From a virus (Duplodnaviria; Heunggongvirae; Uroviricota; Caudoviricetes), in IMG/VR virus record IMGVR_UViG_3300042934_000212: a stretch of DNA of 64,000 nt; one strand, written 5' to 3'. A program made the position numbers and the translations under genes. Under the pieces are notes generated by a model that saw only the letters and a list, made by a program, of their open reading frames with translations, was not told the DNA's origin and did no database searches. This document shows positions 19,433 to 28,969 of the stretch, piece by piece; within the stretch, counting starts at the first letter, position 1; each line of letters begins with the position of its first letter.

Positions 19433-20610
19433 TTTCCCGATTCAGAAGTTAAATCCACTTTAAGAATCGCATAGTTGATGAATTCATTCACGAACTTAAA
19501 TGAACTTGCAATGTTACTTGCACTATCAATAGATGTAGTTGGAAAGCGAGTTTCGGCTTCAGCAATCATTACATCATAGTTAGTAGTCCAGTAGTGTGTG
19601 AACTTCGGACCAATTTCACTAGCACGTACTTTAATTAATGCAGTAAAAACACACATTAATGTTTCATTGAAAGTACGTTTGTTCAATGAGAACTTAACTC
19701 CGCCAAAACAAATAAAGGCTTTTTCTAAATCGCGATACATAATATTAAAATCATGTATTGCATCCATTGCAGTTAAGTTGAACTTATCATCAATCTTACC
19801 ATTGATAGCGAAGTTGATTGGTGGGATCTTAAACAACAAGTTGTCATAAGGTTCATCAATCATACCAATAATATTTTTAGCAATATCAGTATAAACTTCT
19901 ATTTTATGGAATACGTTACTGTACTTTAAACTCTTAATACTTTTGTCGTTAGTTAAACGCATATAACGAAGTTCATCGGTTCCAGTCTTTTCTTTATCAA
20001 GGCATTCAAAGAACCCCATGATCTTATGTTTAAGATCAGGAAGTACATTTTCAGATGCTTTAAGAATACTATTAAGTGTTACATGGTATTCAGAACCTGA
20101 TGTTTGACTTGCTTTAATTTCAGCCTTTGATGCTTTTTTACCGGACGTGTTAACACGCTTGAAGATTTCAGAGTTCAATGCTTCGTCATCTGATTCATAC
20201 ATATGAAGTACAACAATATAGTTATTGAACTCGTTACGTTCCTGTTCGTTTAAAAACATAACGTTTTTATATGAATCACAGATAAGTGCATCCCCTTCTA
20301 CAGTACCAGTACCATAGAATACATTCATACGCTTTTCGCCAATTACTTTAACGAAAGGTATATTGTTATTGATGAACTCTTTGATACTGGTATAGCGATG
20401 TTTTGCATCTACAATATCAAATACAGTTTTACCATCTTTAACACACAAAATGAATGCTGGGATCGGAAGACCTAAAATAATAGAATCAATAAGAAATTGT
20501 TTCTGTTTTAAAGTCCATGTATCTTCACGCTGATAACGTGGAACTGTAATATTCATTTCCAGTAATTCGGAAATAGAAACTGCCTTACATGATTGTTCTA
20601 CTTTAGTCAT
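19429..20610 (-). CDS. DUF262 (ParB/GmrS-like) domain protein
   Basis: PRYQR..W..Q.FLIDSI..G.PIP, DAKHR (DGQQR variant), IFKRVN motifs. Confidence 0.85.
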   Translation of the reverse strand: MTKVEQSCKAVSISELLEMNITVPRYQREDTWTLKQKQFLIDSIILGLPIPAFILCVKDGKTVFDIVDAKHRYTSIKEFINNNIPFVKVIGEKRMNVFYGTGTVEGDALICDSYKNVMFLNEQERNEFNNYIVVLHMYESDDEALNSEIFKRVNTSGKKASKAEIKASQTSGSEYHVTLNSILKASENVLPDLKHKIMGFFECLDKEKTGTDELRYMRLTNDKSIKSLKYSNVFHKIEVYTDIAKNIIGMIDEPYDNLLFKIPPINFAINGKIDDKFNLTAMDAIHDFNIMYRDLEKAFICFGGVKFSLNKRTFNETLMCVFTALIKVRASEIGPKFTHYWTTNYDVMIAEAETRFPTTSIDSASNIASSFKFVNEFINYAILKVDLTSESGK

Positions 20611-21050
20611 TAGTCAACCATCTCTAAAATTTCAGAAGCACTGAAGATACCAGCAAAGTTTAAAGTTTTATCTTTAGCAGTATAATGTGCAATAAGGAAC
20701 GCATCACCATCTTTGATGGGTGAAAGAGAAGAAGTATCACCATCAATGTTAAGTTTATGATAACCCTGATTGATAAGTTTACTACGCATCTTGGTATTAG
20801 TTAATGCACCATTTTCATTTGAATAGATAATGCATTTATATTTCTTGTTATCACCTAATAAGGTGACACACAAACCTTTACCGTGTTCAATGATGGATGG
20901 GCTTTTATCTTTTAAAAGTAGTTCACTGAAAATATAGGGAGCCATGCCGCCGGTTGCAGAGTTGGTTTCTAATGCGTACTGCATGGTTTTATCTTCAACA
21001 ACAACACGAACACCGCTTTCACGTTTGAAAATAGAATTATACAAGTTCAT
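20610..21050 (-). CDS. hypothetical protein, first gene of the DUF262-HNH-MTase cassette
   Basis: start reassigned to MNLYN (TAGGA RBS); TAATG coupling to the DUF262 gene. Confidence 0.7.
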   Translation of the reverse strand: MNLYNSIFKRESGVRVVVEDKTMQYALETNSATGGMAPYIFSELLLKDKSPSIIEHGKGLCVTLLGDNKKYKCIIYSNENGALTNTKMRSKLINQGYHKLNIDGDTSSLSPIKDGDAFLIAHYTAKDKTLNFAGIFSASEILEMVD

Positions 21051-21098
21051 TTTTATTCCTAATCTTAAATGGTTAGATTGCTCTTTGAGCTTGGCGAC

Positions 21099-21137
21099 AT
21101 AATAGCAAAAGGGCTGACAAAAGTCAACCCTTTTTTT
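21099..21137 (-). promoter_or_regulatory. terminator-promoter stem-loop module
   Basis: GGGTTGAC-TTTT-GTCAGCCC-TTTT-GC-TATTAT. Confidence 0.8.
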
Positions 21138-21414
21138 ATACTCGGTAAGCCTTATCAGCACCATCAGGCATCCCGCTTTCTGGAATAACACTGAATGCGT
21201 GTACAGGCTGTTTGTTGTTACCACCAGCAAATACTTTACCATCCATGCGGTCAAGTACAATCTTCACTGAACCATCCTGGCTCACAAAGACGCGATGATC
21301 TTCAAAACTAAAAGCACGGTTCAACTGGAATCCCTGCTCTTTAAGCATATGACCTAGTTCATTAATCGGAACTCGGTTCCACTGTTTAATCTTATCTAAA
21401 TTCGGGCGAATCAT
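21136..21414 (-). CDS. hypothetical protein
   Basis: 92-aa ORF, AAGGA RBS. Confidence 0.7.
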   Translation of the reverse strand: MIRPNLDKIKQWNRVPINELGHMLKEQGFQLNRAFSFEDHRVFVSQDGSVKIVLDRMDGKVFAGGNNKQPVHAFSVIPESGMPDGADKAYRV

Positions 21415-21447
21415 AGTGTATATCCTTATAAAATGACTTCGTTTGAA

Positions 21448-21783
21448 TTATTTATTCTCTAAACAAATCTCAAGGATTTCGTCAAGTGAAGTGTTTTGCT
21501 CGTACAATTGTACTAATGAGAATGCATTCTCTGAACAGTACTTAATGGCTGTACCAATATCTGTTCCTTGTTCTTGCATTTGTTTAAGAGCGTTAACAAT
21601 CATCTGATAAATCATTTTCTTTGTCTTCTTTTCATCTGGTTTGATTTTACCATTTGCACAATCGATAATGTATCTACGCTTCTGTGCTCTGGTCAACCCT
21701 TGTGGCATTGTGAATGTATCACCGCCGATATTTTTCTTTAAGCGTTCAATCTCTTGAATACTTATTTTATATTCATCTTTCAT
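21448..21783 (-). CDS. hypothetical protein
   Basis: 111-aa ORF, ATGA overlap. Confidence 0.7.
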   Translation of the reverse strand: MKDEYKISIQEIERLKKNIGGDTFTMPQGLTRAQKRRYIIDCANGKIKPDEKKTKKMIYQMIVNALKQMQEQGTDIGTAIKYCSENAFSLVQLYEQNTSLDEILEICLENK

Positions 21784-22040
21784 AACGTACCTACTATGTC
21801 ATAGTACTTCAACTTAATAAGGTAAAGCAGATAATCATTATACTTTATTTCGTTATCGTAACGCTTACGTACAGTGTTACGTTGTTCTTCAGTACTACAC
21901 TTTTTCATTTCTTTTGCTCTGGATTTCTGAAGTATAATTATCTTCTGATTCAATCCAGATATAGTGCTGTTTACTTCGAAGCGATTCTTCCACGAAGCCC
22001 GTAACTTATTCAATGAGGCGTAAGCACTAAACGCACTCAT
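21780..22040 (-). CDS. hypothetical protein
   Basis: 86-aa ORF, ATGA overlap. Confidence 0.65.
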   Translation of the reverse strand: MSAFSAYASLNKLRASWKNRFEVNSTISGLNQKIIILQKSRAKEMKKCSTEEQRNTVRKRYDNEIKYNDYLLYLIKLKYYDIVGTL

Positions 22041-22225
22041 TGAATTAAATCCTTAGAGACGTACTTCATTTTATAAAACATATGCTCAAGGCGGGTTTCA
22101 TAGATAGCTGACGTAATATTAGCATCTACTTCGTCTTCAGTCTCACCCGTTATAATAAGTTCAATGCTTTGATATACTTCTTCATCGAACTTCAATCCCT
22201 TTAACAATATCTTGTATTGTAGCAT
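22037..22225 (-). CDS. hypothetical protein
   Basis: 62-aa ORF, GGAG RBS. Confidence 0.65.
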   Translation of the reverse strand: MLQYKILLKGLKFDEEVYQSIELIITGETEDEVDANITSAIYETRLEHMFYKMKYVSKDLIQ

Positions 22226-22241
22226 AGTACGCTCCCAAAAA

Positions 22242-22562
22242 TCAATCTAATTTTTTAAATAATTCAGTATAATGATATTTAATTAGACTGAACAAATAAC
22301 AATAAGCGGCTGCAATGATCGAAAATGAAAGTACTACATCAAATGCAGCACTACAGATCAAAATCATGTTTATAAAACTTAAAGTAGTTAGAGCTAATAG
22401 AACATATGCTGATGGAGTATTAAGACGCCATTTAGTTTTATGTTCATTTTCATTGAAATTGTTGTTGAAGATAGTTTGAACTAGCTCACTGAAGATACCA
22501 TAAACGAATAGTACTGTTGGAATTAAAGCTACTGCTGCTAAAATCGTAAGAAAGATTTCCAT
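22242..22562 (-). CDS. membrane protein
   Basis: three hydrophobic segments. Confidence 0.7.
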   Translation of the reverse strand: MEIFLTILAAVALIPTVLFVYGIFSELVQTIFNNNFNENEHKTKWRLNTPSAYVLLALTTLSFINMILICSAAFDVVLSFSIIAAAYCYLFSLIKYHYTELFKKLD

Positions 22563-22606
22563 ATTTTTCCTATAAAAAAACGGGAGCTTGTTGCTCCCGT
22601 ATGTTG

Positions 22607-22924
22607 TTATTCTTTTTCTGCCTTTCCGTTATCTTTAATGAAATGGTATGTGGTGTACAAGTACAATGAAAACATCCACGCCCAAAACAATGTAGATAGG
22701 ATTATCTGTAAGTGCGTAATGCTATTACCAAAGATAAAAGCAATCATCCAAAGACAAACTAATGTATACAATGGTATAACGTTATACACAATGCGTTCAT
22801 TTTTCATCTTAACCATTGCAGCACCCCACAATGATTTACGTTCCTGGAACTTAGTGAAGTACAGATCAAACATGTACAACAGATTTACCAGTGTTGTTGC
22901 AACTACAAATCCAAACATTGTCAT
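22607..22924 (-). CDS. membrane protein
   Basis: start reassigned to MTMFG (AAGGA RBS); hydrophobic segments. Confidence 0.7.
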   Translation of the reverse strand: MTMFGFVVATTLVNLLYMFDLYFTKFQERKSLWGAAMVKMKNERIVYNVIPLYTLVCLWMIAFIFGNSITHLQIILSTLFWAWMFSLYLYTTYHFIKDNGKAEKE

Positions 22925-22935
22925 TACGATTTTCC

Positions 22936-23745
22936 TTAAGAAGTAGGAGTAGTTGCTTCCCACCACCAGTTCAGATATTCAACTACCTGTTCACCTTCGT
23001 CAGTACGTTCATCGACGGTCGATGGGTTTTCACGAATGTATTTTACTACAATATTCCACGTGAGTACATCTTTATCTGTTAATCCTAGCTGACTTTTCCA
23101 CTTCTGAACAAACTCGCGACCTGAACAACACGCATCATATTTACGCATGTTGTCTTCTGAAAAATCGGGTACATTCAACCCAACAGTAGACAGAAGTTCA
23201 TTGCTTACCAGAATTGGGTAATCGTCTAAACAGTAAAAAACACGCATTTCAGAAACAAGATGTTGAAGTACTGATTTTTCATCATTATACGCTTTAAGAT
23301 ATTCCCATTCTGGAATCGCCGGATCAAGCATGATGTAATAGCTATCTGCATCATCCAGTACATTATATCCATCAGCACGGACATATTCAGCAAACCCAAC
23401 CAAGCCCATATCGTACAGACGCTTAGCACTGATATACTTATTAAACATGTCTTCATAGCGATGGTACATGGTTTTCATGTCATCAGCTTGTCCAAGGAAG
23501 TTTTCAACAAACGCCTGATACAGTTTATGTTTAAGTACTTCATCCCAATATTCTTCAGGTCGAGTATTGAACTTATCAACCACAGCATTAACTTCAGTCC
23601 TGCCGTTGGCATTAAGTTTACGATACGTAGCAACATCTACGTGATCATATTCTTCTGGCCTTACAGATTTCCAATGAACTGATGCAAGTTCAGCACAGGT
23701 CAGTTCGTTCAGTTTCTTATTGGTTTCAACAAGCAATTTTAACAT
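22936..23745 (-). CDS. hypothetical protein, family B
   Basis: start reassigned to MLKLL; C-terminal MRKYDACCSG..LTWN..YLNW. Confidence 0.75.
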   Translation of the reverse strand: MLKLLVETNKKLNELTCAELASVHWKSVRPEEYDHVDVATYRKLNANGRTEVNAVVDKFNTRPEEYWDEVLKHKLYQAFVENFLGQADDMKTMYHRYEDMFNKYISAKRLYDMGLVGFAEYVRADGYNVLDDADSYYIMLDPAIPEWEYLKAYNDEKSVLQHLVSEMRVFYCLDDYPILVSNELLSTVGLNVPDFSEDNMRKYDACCSGREFVQKWKSQLGLTDKDVLTWNIVVKYIRENPSTVDERTDEGEQVVEYLNWWWEATTPTS

Positions 23746-24223
23746 TATCTGTATCCTTAATCCTAACGAGACTAGTACCGTAAACGGGATGTTTGTATTC
23801 CTGGTATGCAATACCTTTGAGGTATATTACTGTACCAGATACTGAGTTTTCTTTTTTACCAAGTACAGGTATATCATTGTACTGAGTAGTGTTGATTTTC
23901 TTTCGTGAAGGTGATGATTTAAAACTTGGTTTATCTTTTAAATAAGAAAAGTTCTTTAAAACGGGCAGATCTTCCCCGCTCCAGTACCAATCCAGAAATT
24001 CCTGCAACTCCGCGAAATGATTACTTCTGACCTGATTACAATCATAACACATCGGAACCAGGTTGTCCATATGATTCGAGCCGCCCAGCGAACGAAGTAG
24101 AACATGATCTACAGTGTAACGGACTAATGTTCCATCAAGCTTTTTAAAGTACTGTTTACTTACTTGTGGAATGCCGCAACACATACAGCATGTATTCCTG
24201 TATACCTCATTCATATTCTGCAT
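23726..24223 (-). CDS. HNH endonuclease
   Basis: CCMCC..TVDHVLLRSLGGSNHMDNLVPMCYDCN; related to 16218-17114. Confidence 0.85.
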   Translation of the reverse strand: MQNMNEVYRNTCCMCCGIPQVSKQYFKKLDGTLVRYTVDHVLLRSLGGSNHMDNLVPMCYDCNQVRSNHFAELQEFLDWYWSGEDLPVLKNFSYLKDKPSFKSSPSRKKINTTQYNDIPVLGKKENSVSGTVIYLKGIAYQEYKHPVYGTSLVRIKDTDNVKIAC

Positions 24224-24298
24224 GGGAGACTCCATTCATTGGTTTAGGAGTTCATAATACAAGAAAAGCAGAGGTCTGTCAACCCCTGCTCTGTTGTT

Positions 24299-25111
24299 TT
24301 AAGAGAAATATTCTTCAGCATCGCTTAGACAAGATGCTAACCACTCAATATCAGATTTACAATCTTCAACGTTGTCTTGGTTAGCTAGAATATGTCGTGC
24401 AACAAATTCATTCCAGCTATACATATGATCATTACGACCAGCCCATTTCATAACACGACGCCAACCTTCTGCACATGGTTCATAATCACGTAACTTATTA
24501 GAACTCATTTGTGGACGTGCAAAACCGAAGATCTCAATACTTTCTGCATCAGTCATTAGAACTGAGCCGAGATAATTAAACAATTCATAACGCATTTCAC
24601 CAATAGCTTCTGTGCGATTATAATCTTCAAAGTTGATAGCGTCTTTATTACGTAGAACAACTTTAATTAGTTCAAGATTACGCTTTTCACCTAGTGTTTC
24701 ACCCAATGAAGTACCATACATATCTGATCCTTCAGTGATGATCTTGACAATCTGTTCATCAGTGAAATGCATAGATGTGGTAAGTAGAGTTTCAGCATCT
24801 ACTACATCAAGATGTTCAGAAATTACATAATCAATACTTTCTGAATCAATTTTACAATCACGTACAACTGTATCAATGTTTAATGCAGTACCTTCAGTAA
24901 GTAGTTTAACCAAATACAAAGGTAGTACTTCGTTAGTACTCTGAAGAATATTAGAATACTGTAATTGAGAAAAATCGCTCGGATCAATATGGTTAATAAT
25001 CTGACTCAATTGTTCAACGCTAACTGGTGTATCTTGATTGAAACGATACTGAGCTAGATTTGCGGCAACTTCTTTAATTGGTAGTTCTTTTTTAATTTCT
25101 AGAATAGACAT
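24299..25111 (-). CDS. hypothetical protein, family B
   Basis: C-terminal LRDYEPCAEGW..YSWNE..IEWL. Confidence 0.75.
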   Translation of the reverse strand: MSILEIKKELPIKEVAANLAQYRFNQDTPVSVEQLSQIINHIDPSDFSQLQYSNILQSTNEVLPLYLVKLLTEGTALNIDTVVRDCKIDSESIDYVISEHLDVVDAETLLTTSMHFTDEQIVKIITEGSDMYGTSLGETLGEKRNLELIKVVLRNKDAINFEDYNRTEAIGEMRYELFNYLGSVLMTDAESIEIFGFARPQMSSNKLRDYEPCAEGWRRVMKWAGRNDHMYSWNEFVARHILANQDNVEDCKSDIEWLASCLSDAEEYFS

Positions 25112-25659
25112 TAATCTTCTTCCTGCTCATCGTCGTTAACATATGTATCAATAAAATTACGCACTTCATCATTATCAGTATGGTGATGTAGATTACCCAA
25201 ATCCATCTGATCTGCGTACTTACGCACAAAATCCAAATCAATTGATTCAGTACGTTCAATATAGTATAGACGTATTAGATTCTTTTCTGCTAGTGCATTA
25301 AGAATATGCAATGGAGTAAAGGTTGGGATGTTATCAAAGTACACATCCTTTTCTACGCCAATCATTAGCATACGCTCAAAGAAATCAGCAATGCTAACAC
25401 CAGCCGCTTTAGCAATACCCACTGCATAATCTTGTTGTGAAACTAGTTCATTGAACAAACTTGTAATAGTTTCTTTGTTACCAACAGATGCTAGCTTGAT
25501 ATAACTTTCGTAATCACTGAAGTTAATTTTTGATGATTGATATAGAACATCACCAGAAAATTTTAATGTTACATTATCTTGCCCGTACTGATCAATTGCT
25601 TCGATAACTTCAGTGATGCTAGAAGTTCGCGAACGTTCTAATACTTTTAGGGTTGTCAT
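25111..25659 (-). CDS. hypothetical helical-repeat protein
   Basis: YYIERTESIDLDFVRKYADQMD repeat shared with neighbours. Confidence 0.7.
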   Translation of the reverse strand: MTTLKVLERSRTSSITEVIEAIDQYGQDNVTLKFSGDVLYQSSKINFSDYESYIKLASVGNKETITSLFNELVSQQDYAVGIAKAAGVSIADFFERMLMIGVEKDVYFDNIPTFTPLHILNALAEKNLIRLYYIERTESIDLDFVRKYADQMDLGNLHHHTDNDEVRNFIDTYVNDDEQEED

Positions 25660-25732
25660 TGTTGTTCCTTTGTTATCTAAATTAAAAAGCCGAACTTAGT
25701 TCGGCATTTGAAACTATAATGTAGTTAGTACT

Positions 25733-26887
25733 TTAACCGAAGTCTGGTTCATCACCAGAAGCAACGGTAACATTAACAGTCCGAGCCATAAAGCGACCAT
25801 TAGCATCACGTGGAGGTAACTTTGCATTACGTTCCTGGCGTTCACGTTCTAATGCTTCTTTATGTTCTTGTGTTGCACGTTCACGTGCAACAACCAACTC
25901 AGGGTTTGCAGCCTGGAATTCTTCAACTACACGTTTGAATTCATCAGGGTTAACAACATCCATGAACTCAGTATTAAAGTTTGTTTCCGCTTCAGTATTA
26001 CTTACACCAGTAACTTCCTGATATTCATTAACACTGATATTACGTGGACTATAACTCAAATGTTCATCTGCTTGACGAACAACTGAATCTGAATGATTAA
26101 CTACCCGATGGCGTAACCAGTCAACATAACCATTTGAGTTCATGCGTGGATGCTTCTTGAATAACTGAAGAAGGTGATCCCACGTTGGATAACCAGCCGG
26201 ATCATTAAACACGCGGCGGTACTTACGTAACCAGATTGCATATGAACGCTGACCATCACCACACGGATCACCACTCATAACACGCTGCTCAGTAATTACA
26301 GCGTACAAACTGGCTGGTGGAGTGATACCAAGTTGTTTGCATTCCTCAATGGTTGCATAGCATAGTAAATCACTTTGATCTAGTTTAGATGACCAGTATC
26401 CATCCATGAATGTATTAAATTCTTCGTATGCAGCAATACCTTTATTGCTAGCAAATGAATCAAAGAAGTTTTCAACATCCATTTCAGAACGGTTATCATA
26501 CAAGAAATCTGGAGTGATCCATTGCTGATGTTCAATGTAGTTGTAATCAATATGTTCTTTATTGCGAACAATAAAGTCTTTTGAATACTGTTTACGATCA
26601 TGGAACATTGAAGTACTAAGTTCAAAGCGGGTATTACCAATTTTTAAATTGGCAGTAATGATACGCTCTAAACCTTCTTCATTTAGATGAGTAAGAATAT
26701 AACTATGACTGTTCCACTCAGCAAGTACACTAGGTGCAGTATGTAGCAGTCGGTTTAGAATTACTGGATTACCAATCTCTTGGACAATTTGCCCGTCATT
26801 ATAATCCAAACGATCCCATGCCACGGATTTTAAGTCAGCGAAGCTAAGATCAAGCAAGCTAGTTTTATCGGAAATACGAGTTAACAT
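25733..26887 (-). CDS. helical-repeat protein with family B domain
   Basis: YIEHQQWITPDFLYDNRSEMD; GDPCGDG..PTWD..YVDWL; C-terminal PRDANGRF. Confidence 0.75.
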   Translation of the reverse strand: MLTRISDKTSLLDLSFADLKSVAWDRLDYNDGQIVQEIGNPVILNRLLHTAPSVLAEWNSHSYILTHLNEEGLERIITANLKIGNTRFELSTSMFHDRKQYSKDFIVRNKEHIDYNYIEHQQWITPDFLYDNRSEMDVENFFDSFASNKGIAAYEEFNTFMDGYWSSKLDQSDLLCYATIEECKQLGITPPASLYAVITEQRVMSGDPCGDGQRSYAIWLRKYRRVFNDPAGYPTWDHLLQLFKKHPRMNSNGYVDWLRHRVVNHSDSVVRQADEHLSYSPRNISVNEYQEVTGVSNTEAETNFNTEFMDVVNPDEFKRVVEEFQAANPELVVARERATQEHKEALERERQERNAKLPPRDANGRFMARTVNVTVASGDEPDFG

Positions 26888-26891
26888 TTTA

Positions 26892-27701
26892 TTACTGTCC
26901 TTTAACGAAACTTAAAATACGTGGTGCAAATGAATCTTTGAACCAAACATCTACTAGTGCAGTTTCAGATTCTGCACGTGCCTGGCGAACATAGTCAGTC
27001 CAACTGCTGTAATAGCTGCGGTGATTGTTATTGTAGTAACGGACTACATCATCAACACTATGTGAAACGCCGGGTTTTTGATAACACTCAGTCAGATATG
27101 CAACGTTAATTTCATGATTATAGATTTCATCAAGAATCTTGTTAAGTTCAACAATATCTTCTTCACTGTGATTTGATTTCGCGTTTAGTGCATTAGCAAC
27201 AATTTCGTCACGAGATAGACGGTAATTAAATGCACGTTTCATGTACTGATCAGCATCGCGATCAATGTCAAGGAAGTTTAGTATGTCACCCTTCCGAGAA
27301 CGAATATCAAGGAATGAACTTACATCCATCGCATCGCGATACTTCTCAAAGAATGCTAAATCGATGTTTTCCTGATGTTCAATGTAGTACAGATTGATTT
27401 TATCAACGTACTCATTAAGGAAATCTAACGGAAGATTTTTATAACGATTAATAACAGAACTGTCTGCTTTACCTTCACTGTTTTTAATAATGGTACAGCA
27501 TTGTTCGATTGTCAGACGTGCGTAATCGTTCAATGTTTCTTGTTCCCAATGGGAAAGTGGGCGTTGGATGAATTTATCAACAAAACCCTCCATAGCGATC
27601 AGTTTAGCCATTTCATGACGAGTTACATGTTGAAATGAATAATCAGCGAGATTACCCAAACCCACTTCTTCAATATCTGCCTTTAAAAGAATAGTACTCA
27701 T
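26892..27701 (-). CDS. hypothetical helical-repeat protein
   Basis: YYIEHQENIDLAFFEKYRDAMD repeat. Confidence 0.75.
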   Translation of the reverse strand: MSTILLKADIEEVGLGNLADYSFQHVTRHEMAKLIAMEGFVDKFIQRPLSHWEQETLNDYARLTIEQCCTIIKNSEGKADSSVINRYKNLPLDFLNEYVDKINLYYIEHQENIDLAFFEKYRDAMDVSSFLDIRSRKGDILNFLDIDRDADQYMKRAFNYRLSRDEIVANALNAKSNHSEEDIVELNKILDEIYNHEINVAYLTECYQKPGVSHSVDDVVRYYNNNHRSYYSSWTDYVRQARAESETALVDVWFKDSFAPRILSFVKGQ

Positions 27702-27875
27702 TTAATAAACTACCTTAATTGATTGTTGATGGTCAGTATGCTACTCGCCTTGCTGTCGCAAGTCAAGGATTTTGTTTGCTTCGCAACGCAAAATCTAAAT
27801 TAAAACGAATTTTAATAACGATTCTATTATTAAACGATCCTTTAATAACAAAACATTTATTAAAATAAATTTAAA

Positions 27876-28382
27876 CAGTACTCATTCTATACTGACGAGA
27901 TTTGTTGATACAATTTCATCCCCCACAAGGGGAACGAAATCTGACGATGATAGTCATAACAATATTGTATTGAGAATTACTTTGCAGTACAGAAGCGGGT
28001 TGTTCGGTATTCTTCTTATCTCAGTTCTAACAACGGTCGAGGTCTTAACTCTCTTAATGCCAGGTCTATACAATCAAACCCAGCACCTGAATAGTCATAA
28101 AATTTGGACGCAACTATACTGTACAAATTTCGATGCTATTCTCCCTTATACTATTTGGTAAGGTGCATCCTTATATGTCTATCGAGGAAGTACTGTTAAG
28201 TATTAGATGTACTTCTTTATAGTGTCACATTGCCGAGGGAGGTACAAACTATGCCTTCACCTATCGGGTTTCTTTTACACTTCGTACTGCTTGAACTACT
28301 CATCTATCAATTACGTTTTCATTGAAGTAGGAACAAAACATTAGGGGCATTAAGCCCCTATCAAGCAGAGTTTTATTATCAC
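27876..28382 (-). ncRNA. candidate ~500-nt structured RNA (or origin primer RNA)
   Basis: no credible ORF; promoter at 28389-28417; hairpins 28342-28360, 28058-28085 and 27913-27940, the last two with G-U pairs only on the minus strand. Confidence 0.5.
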
Positions 28383-28388
28383 AGGTAC

Positions 28389-28417
28389 ATTATACCACAT
28401 TAATCGAAGTCGTTTCA
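28389..28417 (-). promoter_or_regulatory. TGAAAC-class promoter
   Basis: TGAAAC-N13-GTGG-TATAAT. Confidence 0.8.
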
Positions 28418-28441
28418 AAAATGTGATAAATCAATATGCCC

Positions 28442-28714
28442 TTAAAGTTTACACAGTGACGCCCATTCAGAGTTCGTCAAGTATCCGATTGACCCTTTAT
28501 CACTTACAGTAATAATGGAGTCACCTGACCAATCTAAACCATTATCAGTACTTGGATCTTTGTTTGAGCTGTATACCGCAACAAGATTAGAACTAAACAC
28601 ACTATTGAAAAACTTACGCAGTTTAGTACTTTTCTTGAACTCATCGCCATTATGTTTGAATTCAATAATGTCGTTGTAGTTCTCTGCCAGATTCAGATCT
28701 GATAGTGCTTCCAT
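28442..28714 (-). CDS. hypothetical protein
   Basis: 90-aa ORF, TAATG coupling. Confidence 0.7.
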   Translation of the reverse strand: MEALSDLNLAENYNDIIEFKHNGDEFKKSTKLRKFFNSVFSSNLVAVYSSNKDPSTDNGLDWSGDSIITVSDKGSIGYLTNSEWASLCKL

Positions 28715-28959
28715 TAGTAAACCCCTTCCAGCTTCAGTTCAATTTCTTCAATACCTGGCTGAACTAAGTACAGAGTATCTTTTACCATATCCCAAAACCT
28801 TACAGCTTTGGAGAGAAATGCTTTACCCGTAACTTCAGTACCGTCAGGTAATGTCAGTGTGTAGTCAATGTTACGCATCGTTTTAGGTTGGGTGCAGGTA
28901 ACTTTCTTACCAACAACCTGATTCGTATCTTCATCGACTACTGCATATTGATAGATCAT
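28714..28959 (-). CDS. hypothetical protein
   Basis: start reassigned to MIYQY (AGGAG RBS). Confidence 0.7.
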   Translation of the reverse strand: MIYQYAVVDEDTNQVVGKKVTCTQPKTMRNIDYTLTLPDGTEVTGKAFLSKAVRFWDMVKDTLYLVQPGIEEIELKLEGVY

Positions 28960-28969
28960 GACTAACTCC

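Noticed and set aside
21051-21260. N-terminal extension of ORF 20610-21260
   Set aside because: Crosses a terminator-promoter module and another gene; the RBS supports 21050.
16218-24223. HNH genes as intron-encoded homing endonucleases or IscB/HEARO elements
   Set aside because: Free-standing, no interrupted host gene, no RuvC motifs and no adjacent structured RNA seen.
27970-28161. 63-aa plus-strand ORF
   Set aside because: TTG start without RBS; antisense to the promoter-driven structured region.
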